A stretch of DNA of 64,000 bases, from positions 2,072,331-2,136,330 of the forward strand of contig JAWQFM010000005.1 in the NCBI GenBank assembly GCA_033442325.1, given 5' to 3'. The translations under genes were made by a program, and so were the position numbers. The notes below the pieces were generated by a model. The model was given only the letters and a program-made list of their open reading frames with translations, ran no database searches and was not told the origin of the DNA. Shown piece by piece: positions 53,772-64,000 of this stretch (positions are counted from its first letter, which is position 1; each line of letters starts with the position of its first letter). Source of the DNA: Salpingoeca rosetta. Its lineage: Eukaryota; Protista; Choanoflagellata.

Positions 53772-54321
53772 GACGTTTTGCGCGCAGCTTTGGCAGGATT
53801 GGCTTGAGCCCATCTTGCTTTGGCCATGCCACTCTTGTCTTCAGCTTCATCGTCGCGTCAGGGACCACGTGCAAGGTAAGCTGGCACCTCCCTATGTGTG
53901 TGTGTGTGTTCGATTGCTTGTTGCTTGTTTGTTTGTGCAGGCTTCTTGTTTCTACATGGGTTTCCCTGAGCATGCCATTTCGTTCTTGCCACTCTCACGT
54001 CACCGCCTCTTGCATTTTTTTTTCTTTCTGGATGTGCAGATGCGCTGTGGGCGATGAATGTGCGCATTTCAACCGTTTCTGTTCCGACCGTTTCACACGA
54101 GGACATTTCGCTCCATGAGAGGATTGCGAGTTTTTCAAACTATTCTGCATTTCACGGCTCCTACTTCAACCAATCCGTCATTGGTGCGTGGATGCGAATG
54201 TCTCGTTTGTTGCCTGTGAAGTCTGGTGGTGATGGTGCACGTTGTGCAAGTGTGCATGTGAGCATGCGAAGAAGAATGTGTGTGCACATGTTTGTGCGTG
54301 TACATGAGTGCATGTGTGCAT

Positions 54322-54407
<86 letters not shown>

Positions 54408-55007
54408 ATGCGTGTGCGTGTGCACATGTGTGTGTGTGCGTGTGTGCGTGGACCTGTTGTCATCCCACCCACCCCCACCACCATCACCAGTTGAGTACTT
54501 TGAGACGAATCGTGTGCCGACGGTGGACGCCGGGCCGCGCATCACACACCCGGAGGAGGTCGAGCACGTCCTCTCGCTCCTCAACCACCCAAACCTCATC
54601 GCTTTCATCGGATCAGGTTCGTGTCCGTGTATGTGTGTGTGTGTGTGGGTGGGTGGGTGTGGGTGTGGGGGGGGGGTGTTGAGGACGAAGATAAAGAATC
54701 GTGAGCTGTGATTGCGGCCAAGCACTCGCTCACAATTTCCATGTACATGCCTGAACTCCATGTTGCGTCCCTCACAATGAAATACACGCACGCAATTCTC
54801 GATACACAGGCGTTCGCCGCCAGCAAAAGTTCTTCGTCGTTGAACGACCGGACCGCGGTTCGCTGCGTGACGTCATCGCAACTGTACGCACGCAACAAGC
54901 ACATGGTTCACGCGTACAATAGTGTTTGTATTGCTGAATGGTCATAACACCTCACCAAACTAACCACTCGTCTCACCACTCGCCCTTCCTTCAATGTGTG
55001 TGTGTGT

Positions 55008-55057
<50 letters not shown>

Positions 55058-55564
55058 ACAGCATGAGCACGACCTTCCAAAGTCGCGTCGTGTGGCCATG
55101 GCGCTCGACGCCGCTTCAGGTACGAATTCGCACTGCACGTTTTTTGTGTAATTGTGTTTGGTTGTGTAGTGTGTGGTGTGTGATTGTGTGCATGAGGGTG
55201 TGTGCATCCTTGTAAAAGGCATGTGTCCCATCAAGACCACACCCCACCACCCACGCTAGCACACATTCACCCTCGCTGATTCCCGCTCGTCCCCACTCAC
55301 GCACGTATCAACCCGTCCCACTGTTTGTCATTACCACTCGTCAGGCCTCAACTTCCTCCATGTGCACAATCCGCCAATTGTGCACCGCAACATCACACCA
55401 GAGAGCCTGATGGTGACAAACGGCTGGACAGTCAAGATTGGAAGTAAGCCCACAGTTCGTGTGTATGCATGTGTGTGTAGGTCATCAGAAATTGTCCAAG
55501 CATTCTTTGTCTCTTTGTCTCGTTCTTCAAACAAACCTCCTCCCTCCCTCCTCCTTCACCCCCT

Positions 55565-55623
<59 letters not shown>

Positions 55624-56757
55624 CACTCCAAAGACTTCAAGAGCAGCCGCTTCCTCCTTGACGACATTCCCGTTCGCTCGCGTGATATTTTCCCGGCGAC
55701 GTCGCCCGCCCGTCCGCCCACGCCGCGTGTTGGGTCACGAGGGTTCACAGCGCCAGAGATCACGGACGGCGCAGACACGGGATACACGCGCAAGGTGGGC
55801 TATGGTGTGGGCGGCTGAATTCGTGCTGTAAATGTCTCATGTGCTGTGCGTGTGTGCCTGTGTTTTTCGTCCATGGACATCTGCTATGCTCTGCACTTGT
55901 GTATGCGTGTGTGTGCATACTCTTTGCGAGTATGTGTTCAATGGCTGTGTGTGCGTGTGCTTTCGGGGAGTGCAAGCTGGCCTATGTGTTATCCTACTGC
56001 TGTCTCACGTTGCGCATATCTCCCGCCACCTCCGCTCCCTCGTCTTCGTCGTCTTCGTCGTCGTTGCTGTTATAAAGGCGGACGTGTTCTCGTTTGGTGT
56101 CACCCTATGGTGTCTGTGGACACGCAAACCCGAAGCATACGAAGGGTGAGCTGTTACTGTATGTTGCATGGCCACACCTGCACGACACACACACACACAT
56201 GTTTATGCTCACACACACACACACACATTTTCGTGCACACGCACGCCCCGCCCCCCACACCATCCACCACACCACCAACGCCGCTTCCCCCTTCTCCTTA
56301 ACACCTGCAACAGGCGGCAGCTGGATGTTGAGCAGTCGATTGTGACGGGCCGCCGCCCACATGTGTCTGCGTCGTGGCCGAGCGAAATCGCCGCTGTCAT
56401 GCGCGAGTGTTGGATGGGACCGCCAGAGCAGAGGCCGCACATCGCCGAGGTACTGCGCACGCCTCTGCGTAAATGTGTGTGTTTGTGTGTGTCTGTGTGT
56501 GTGTGTGTGTGTGTGTGTCTGTGTGTGTCTGTGGCTGTCTCTGTGTGTCTGTGTGTCTGTCACCATATTACCTTGACTGCATTTACATCTCACCGCTCCA
56601 CCCTACCTCACCCCACCACCACCACCACCACCATATCCTTTGCGTGCAGATTGTCCCGCGGCTGTCGCGCCTTCTTCGTGTGTATGACCTGACGGCGAGC
56701 GATTCCTCCCAGTCCGCCCACCGCAGGCTGCTCTCCTCCCGCAGATGTACGTGTATG

Positions 56758-56824
<67 letters not shown>

Positions 56825-57080
56825 GGCTGGCTGGCTGGCTGGCTGGCTTCTGTCAGTCTGTTTGTCTGTCTGTCTGTCTGTCTGTGGTGCTGAGCAATGC
56901 CAAGCCTGGTTCTTGCAAGCCGCAAGATGACACGCTGTCACGTCCCAAAGTCAACCTCCTCACACACTACCTGCCTCCCGATGTGTGTCCATCGTGTTTG
57001 CAGCGACGCCGGCCAGCTCAACCCCCATGTCCACGTCCATCTCTCCAATTCACTCTACCCGCAGCAATGCATCACGCTAG
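44763..57080 (+). CDS. Large multi-exon multipass membrane protein with C-terminal TKL-like pseudokinase (N-terminal exon linkage uncertain)
   Basis: About 6 hydrophobic segments at 51350-53010. Kinase exons: LSLLNHPNLIAFIG, RVAMALDAAS|GLNFLHVHNPPIVHRNITPESLMVTNGWTVKIG|NFK, GSRGFTAPE, ADVFSFGVTLW, MRECWMGPPEQRP. Stop at 57078-57080. Confidence 0.7.
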
Positions 57081-57194
57081 CTAGGATGCCAGGCAATAGG
57101 AATACCAATGCATGGCTGCTAACCATCCCTTGTTTCCTCCCCCTGATCAACAACGCTTGTCCTTTCAGACTGCATATCTCTCCTCTGCTCTATG

Positions 57195-57251
<57 letters not shown>

Positions 57252-58154
57252 GCTTTTGAACCTTCATGACTGCCACCACCCTTTTCCTCCCCCCCCCCCT
57301 TCTCTTCGTGGTCCCTTGCTGTTGCTGTTTCGCTTGTGCACATGTGTATATGATTACAACCCGACAGCACGGAAACGCAAAAACTCAACGAGCCAAAACA
57401 GAACTGAAGGACGGAAAGAACCACCACACGCACCACCGCCAACACACCCAACAGCAATATGACATGCGGGGATTAGTGGCAGCGGTGGCAGCGGTGGCAG
57501 CGGTGGTAGCGGTAATGCATTCAGTGGGAGCAAAATCAACAAAAGAGTGGGTCAATCAATCAATCAAGTCAATCAGATACGAAAGGAAGCCCCGTCCGTC
57601 CAATCAACACACACCACGGAACAAGAAGCAACACGATCATCACATCGCGAACACATGCACGCGCGTGCACATGCCCACGCAAACGAATCGCTTCCATGTG
57701 CACAGACATGCACACACACACACACAAACACACACGTGGCACATGTGCGCCCATACACAGGGGTGCCTGATGATCCCACGAAACACAAGCGAAAGCGCAA
57801 GCAAAGACAACACATGAAGACACGGACGGAAGAATAAATGTACAGCAATAAGGGCCCTGAGAGGTCAGCGAGGAAGAGCAATTCTACTCACAAACGTGAT
57901 TCAAATGGTATCATAGCAGTATCATAGCATACAGTGGAAGAAAAAACACATCACGGCGGTGATGTGAGAGGGGGATTGGTTGACAGAACAGGCGGTAGGA
58001 ACAACAGCAATGGCGTCAATGTCCACAGAGAGAGAGAGAGAGACATCGAGGAGGGGGGCGAAGGAGGTAAGGACGAGGAGGTAGCTGAAAATTGTTGTTG
58101 GAGAGGTTCAACCAGAGGTAGTCTGCAAGGGGGGGGGGGATAGGAGACAGCCAG

Positions 58155-59465
58155 CTAGCGGCGGAAGGGTGAGCGGCGGGAGTTCCGGCCAATGCTGGAC
58201 ATATCCGAAACAAACGTGCGCTTGGCTTGGCCCGGGGACTTGCTTCCTCCATCCCTCGACAGACCGACTCCTGCGCCCATGCTGCCCATGCGTGGGGACT
58301 TGTCCTGCATACGTGCCGACGTGAGCGACGCCTTACGCGTGCTGGATGGAGACGTGAATGGGGACGGGTTTGTGCTGCACACCTCCGGGACCAGATACTT
58401 GGGGGACGTCTGGTTCATGGAGGAGGTGGGGCGGGACGGGATTGGCGAGAGCGAGTAGCGGCCGCCCTGCTGTGGCGCAAGGTACTGGCGCTTGTTTTGC
58501 TTGAGCGGCGGCGGCGGCACGAGCAGGTTTGGCAGCGACTGCGCCTTGCGGTTTGGCTTGGCAGGGACGCTCCACTCGTACGAGGACCGGCGGCCGCCCA
58601 CGGCGAGTTGCGACTGCGACGTGCTCTGCAGAGGGCAGTGGTGGTGGTCGTGAAACGGGAATGTTGTGTGTGTTGGTGGTGGTGGTGGTGAAAACGAGAA
58701 AACGAGAATGTAGTGTGGGGGATGGAGGCGGTGGTCACGACGGTGATCAGGTGGGCTAATTCGCGACACGAAGCGTGAAGAGGAGATCTCTGCTCTGCAA
58801 CACGAGTGCACATTGCCAGAGCAAAGGCGACATTTGTGTTTACCTTCTCCACAGGGCGCAGCTGTGGTGCAACAGGCATCACTTTGAAAGAGGATGAGCG
58901 GCGCTTCTTCGGCTTCTGCAAATGTGTGCGCGCATGGGGCGGGGGATGTGAGCTGATAAGTCATGTAGAGCGCACGGTTGTTAGCGTCCGGAGGTACGAG
59001 GCAGTATGGCAAGGCTCTCCTCCACACACGTGCGCACACACGCACACGCAAGCGCATACCTCCTGCCACTTCTTGTCGCGGATGCCGTCATGGCGATAGC
59101 GGTCGCGCCAGTAGTTGTCCGTCTGATGACATACCATTGAAGGCAGGCGCACGATGTAAAAGAAGGCATGCGTTGTGGTCGCGTGAGCGCGCACAGATAC
59201 AAGCATGCACGAGCTCACAGCAGTCATTCATCGTCGATGAACAAACAACCAAACACACACGAACACGCATGCACACACGCACGCACACACATCCAACCAC
59301 ACACACACACACATACGCATGCACACACGCACGCACACCCAAACAACCTCCTATGCGCACCCATGCATACACGCACCCATGCACACGTGCGTGGGCAAGC
59401 ACGTGGACGTGGACACGCGCACTGCCAAGGCACAGCAGTCATACCTGGACATCCGACAGCTGCAT
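58155..59465 (-). CDS. Small 4-exon hypothetical Ser/Pro/Arg-rich protein
   Basis: Phase-0 GT-AG exons join in frame: MQLSDVQ|TDNYWRDRYRHDGIRDKKWQE|KPKKRRSSSFKVMPVAPQLRPVEK|STSQSQ...SPFRR*. Confidence 0.6.
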
Positions 59466-60190
59466 GGATGTCGACACCTCCATACGAGGCATGGTTGGTT
59501 GTCGCTTCGAGCGTTTGACTGCTGCGCGTTACGAGGGATGAAAGGTGTCACAAGCAAGTGAAAACAAGCTTCAAGCAAACCGTAGACAGGAGCGGTCCAG
59601 CAACAAAACGGGACAGAAGAAAGTGGAAGAACGAGCACGCGGGCGTGCGTGACGAGGATCGAGTGGTGGATACGAGGACACTGGTGCAGGCCCTGTGTGC
59701 CAAGAGGATATTCAGCCGACACAACGCAGATGTGAGAGAGGGAAGATGCTGATTTGAAAGAACAATGGACTTGATCGTGGGTTTTCGCAGACCATGGAAG
59801 CGGTACGAAAGCGGCATGCTTTTGGCACTCATGACCCCCCCCCCCTCCATGGAAACGATAGCGTGAACAAACAACAGACGAGTGTTGGCAGTGCAAACAT
59901 ACAGACAGTCAGTCACATTGCTTGGCTCAACGGCAATAACGCTTGCATGTATGCATGGTGATGGTCACGGGGTAACGTGTGGGCGCCGATCTTACCTCTT
60001 GTCCGAGTTGTTTGTTTGGATGTGTGTGTGTGTGTCACCCGTAGCGCGCGGTAGGTAAGCGGGCGAGTCGCAACCAACAAAAGTAACCGTTTGTGCACAC
60101 CGACACCAAGCAAGCGAGGAGACACCAACTTACACGACAGGCGAGAGACAACAACGGTTGCCAGAGGAGGCACGGCGAGTCGCGGGGTGT

Positions 60191-60233
<43 letters not shown>

Positions 60234-60646
60234 GGGGTGAGGCGTGCCGGTCTGTGTTCGCTTGCGCAGATAGGAGGAAAATAATGCTAGCCTGACACAG
60301 TCGGTGCCGGTTGCTGAGCCGAGAGCAAGCTAAAAATCGCAGAAAATTGTGAATGAAACAAGGGAACTTTCATGACGGCGTTTTGTAGCATCGCGAAGCA
60401 CTCGGGAGTGAAGGGGTTTACGTCGGGGGCATTGTGTTGGCAACGGCTGTTTGCAAGCAAGCAAAGCAAAGCAAGCACGCAAGCACGCAAGCACGCAAGC
60501 AAGCGTGCAAACATGCAACAAGGGAGGAGGATTGTCAGGTGGGAAGGGAGAGGAAGGCTGTGACGATAGGACTTTGATGTAACAGAGGCGGTCGTGTGCT
60601 TGTACATGTCGTGGCGGTGTGTGCGTGACGCAATGAACTGCTTCAC

Positions 60647-61281
60647 TCAGGCGCGTGGATCGAGTGGTTCCACTTGGGTGATGACGCGGAACGTCATGAA
60701 GAAGTCGGACATCAAGCTGAAAGATGGCTGTGTGTGTGTGCGCGCGCGTGTGCGCGTGTGTGCGTGCGCGTGTGTGTGCGTGTGCGCGAGTGAAATGTGT
60801 GTGTGTGTGTGTGGTGTGCGTGGAAATGAGTGAGAGTGAGGGTGTGTGTGTGTGTGTGGAAATGAGTGAGAGTGAGGGTGAGTGAGTGAGGGAGTGAGTG
60901 TGAGTTATGTGGAGTAGCGAGCGCCACACAGAGAGACAAGGGAAAAGAACGCATGCGTGTGTGCAGTGTGCCTGAATCAGCACGCGTAATTAAACATGTG
61001 CAAGAGACCAGGCAAGCACAAACAGCGGGACTGCGCAACTCAGTAGACAGCAACACTACTCACGTAGATGAAGGTGGCGGGCTTGTTCTGCTCAAAGAAG
61101 AAATGGCCAACCCACGCAAACGCATACCCGACCAGCATAACAACCAGCGCCTACGCGTGCGCGGTATCGGGTGTGTGTGTGTGTAGATGTATGTATGTGT
61201 GTGTGTGTGGGAGGGAGGGGGAGTGAGCGTGTGTGTGTGTGTAGATGTATGTATGTGTGTGTGTGTGCGTGTGCGTGTGTA

Positions 61282-61313
<32 letters not shown>

Positions 61314-61317
61314 CGTG

Positions 61318-61391
<74 letters not shown>

Positions 61392-61696
61392 CTCTTGTTG
61401 AAGGGTGTGGGGCGTCCCCACACGAACAACACAACAGTGCGTGGAAACAAACACGCCATGCCAAGTGGGAGGGGGGAACTTACAAGCTTGATGGAGCGCT
61501 TGAGGAAGTAGTGGGTGGAGAAGAAGACGGTCACCATGACAGCAGCCTCTGCGGCGCCATTGGGCATGAAGGCGAACAGCCCGCAGCAGGCATACGCCAC
61601 AACAAACGCCAGCGCCATGGACACAAACGTTGAAGGAGAGGCAGCCATGATGGTCAGCACAATGCTTGTCCCGCTGCACCGGCGATCGCAGTTGGT

Positions 61697-61779
<83 letters not shown>

Positions 61780-62576
61780 ATCCGTGAGCGAGCGACTAGG
61801 TGTGAAGCAACACAGCAACTTGGTGGCTGCTGGCGTGAAGAAATGACATGCTGGTGATCTCTGAGGATGTGTGCGCGGGAAGAGGGGAGAACAAGCAGTC
61901 CCGCAGCACAGCATTTGAGGCCACGGATTGCCCCTGGCAAACACGTCTAAAGGGCAGGGCTGTTGCATACATGATGTGGAGGAGTCTGCACGTCTTGTCC
62001 GTGTGCTCCTCCTGGTAGTATGGGTAGAAATCCATGAATGTCTTGTAAGGCTTGTTTGGATGCCGCATACCGGTCCATGGCTCCAGTCCTGTCAAAAAAG
62101 AAAGGAAGCGGCGATGAGAGATGAGGGTGAAGGGGGAGGAGACGGCGATGAAGGGGAAAGCCGTGAAGAAGAGCACGGATCATGTGGGTTGTTGCGTGTG
62201 ACCTGAGTGCATTCACACACACACACACACATGTAAGCACACACTCACACACATGTAAGCACACACTCACACACATGTAAGCACACACACACACACACAT
62301 GGAAACACACACACACACACACATGTAAATTCACACGCGCGTGTGCGCAAACACACACACACACACCTACACACATGCGGACACACCTTCAGGGTTTTGG
62401 TAGAGGAAGTATGCTCCTGCTGCGACAAGGGCCATGCAAAAGCTCAGGGACAGGAACCCTGGGCCTGTGCCCTTCTTGGACCCTGCCGCCTTGTTCTTCT
62501 TCTGCTTCTGATGCGACAAAGCACCACCTTTCTTCCCCTTCTGCGGGGAGGAGGCCTTGGCCTTGTCCGCGGGCAT
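60647..62576 (-). CDS. DUF962/Mpo1-like membrane protein
   Basis: YKTFMDFYPYYQEEHTDKTCRLLHI, VGYAFAWVGHFFFEQNKPATF, and SLMSDF. N-terminal basic segment plus TM. Confidence 0.88.
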
Positions 62577-62699
62577 TGCTGCAGTCAGTCAAACACTTGT
62601 CTGGTTTGGTGGCCGTGGAAGGACGCCAAACGACGCAATGTAGAAAAATGGGTGATGATATTCATCAATGTTCCACAACCACACCAATCCATTTCTCGC

Positions 62700-63815
62700 T
62701 CACTGACTCATCTCCTTGCTGCCTCCATCGTCATCTTTGTTGTCAACAACACCAAGAACAATGCATCGTGCGACCCGTTGCCTTGCCGCTGTCCAGCACG
62801 TGACCGTGCTTGGTGCTGGCCTCATGGTGTGTATATGTGTGTAAATGTGTAAGTGTGTGTGTGTGTGTAAGTGCACTGCACCTTGGTGGTGAACAGCCAA
62901 TCGAGGGCAGTCAGGTCTGTTGTTGTTCTTTCTGTGTTTGGTTGGTTGGATCTTGACATGACTTGACTGCGTCGTTGTTCTGCTGGTGTTGGTTGTTTTG
63001 AGCCGGCTGCGAACAAGCGTGTTCCCCTCACCTTTTCCGTTGGCGTGGAATTGATGTCTGACCACAGGGAGGCGGCATCGCCCAGGTGGCGGCAGCCACC
63101 AGCCATAAGGTGCGAACGCTTTCATGATGTGATGTGTGTATGTGTGTGTGTGTGAAGCGTGGTTGTGGATTGGCTGGTGTTGTGATGTTACATTATCACA
63201 CAACAAAGCTGTTTTGGAATGCGATAGGCATTCCCAGCTGACAGATGTGACACTGGCGCCCCTTTTCTCTGCCACAGGTCTGCCTTGTGGATGTCTCCAG
63301 CGACGTCCTTGATGCTGGCCTGAAGCGCATCGAGAACAGGTTCTGTTTGTGTTTGTTGTTGGTTGTGTGGTTGTTTGTGTGTTGTGTTTGTGTGTTGTGT
63401 GTGTTTGTTTGTTTGTGTGTGGTTGTGTTTGTTTGTTTGTTTGTGTTTGTGTGTTGTGTGTGGTTGTTTTGTTTGTGTGTTGTGTTTGTTTCTTTGTTTG
63501 TTGTGCGGTTGTTTGTTTGTTTGTTTGTTTGTGCGTTTGTTTGGGTGCTCGCGTGTGCTTATCGCGCGCACATACACGCGTTACGAAGCTATGGCGTGTC
63601 CTTTCATTTGGTAACACCACGCCGGAGACATTGCCCGGTTCTGCTCATTGCATTTGCACGCGTCTCACCTTTACACATGTCGTGTGGCTCGTTCGTACCT
63701 TGCGTACCGTCGCGTGTTTGGAACACGCCAGCCTGTCTCGCGTGGCCAGGAAGAAGTTCCGTGACAACGAGGAAGAGGCCAACGAATACGTCGCCGCTAC
63801 CATGGTGCGAACGGC
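62700..63815 (-). CDS. 3' exons of an unidentified gene entering from beyond the window end
   Basis: Short GT-AG bounded exon-like segments (~63699-63815, 63263-63320, 63064-63120, 62700-62820) between microsatellite introns. No recognisable domain. Confidence 0.35.
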
Positions 63816-63929
63816 TGCATGCCATGGTGATTGCTTGGGTTGCCCTGCTTTTCGTTTTGCCACTGCTTTCGTTTGGCCACAATTCATGCGGGAAGGCTTT
63901 GCCTCTCCAACTTTTGTTTGTGCTCTGCG

Positions 63930-63992
<63 letters not shown>

Positions 63993-64000
63993 CGACGAAC

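Overview
This is intron-rich eukaryotic nuclear DNA with GC-rich exons, introns full of (CA)n/(GT)n/(CAA)n repeats, and five N gaps. The style and gene content suggest a choanoflagellate such as Salpingoeca (inference). Most ORF-track entries are microsatellite artefacts, so genes were rebuilt by hand from GT-AG exons. Genes in order: TSG101/Vps23-like (-), calpain-7/PalB (+), DUF72 protein with a C-terminal PIP box (-), UBR5/hyd-like HECT ligase (-), RWDD3 (+), SPX-RING-TM ligase (+), phosphomannose isomerase (-), two separated halves of a CRE-like non-LTR retrotransposon (-) flanking a REase-like plus kinase-like gene (+), a multipass-membrane TKL pseudokinase (+), a small hypothetical gene (-) and a DUF962/Mpo1-like gene (-). 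The most striking observation is two compositionally foreign, hairpin-rich inserts. One is 274 bp inside a (CA)n tract of a calpain intron; the other is 491 bp and frameshifts a coding exon of the UBR5-like gene. Their bodies do not align by eye, but their ends match: both sit between A and T, and on the minus strand read GA|T...hairpin + 13 nt ending ATAG|TG. This suggests an undescribed family of small non-autonomous rolling-circle (Helitron/HUH-like) or structured-RNA insertion elements, one of which must be removed from the RNA for the host gene to work.
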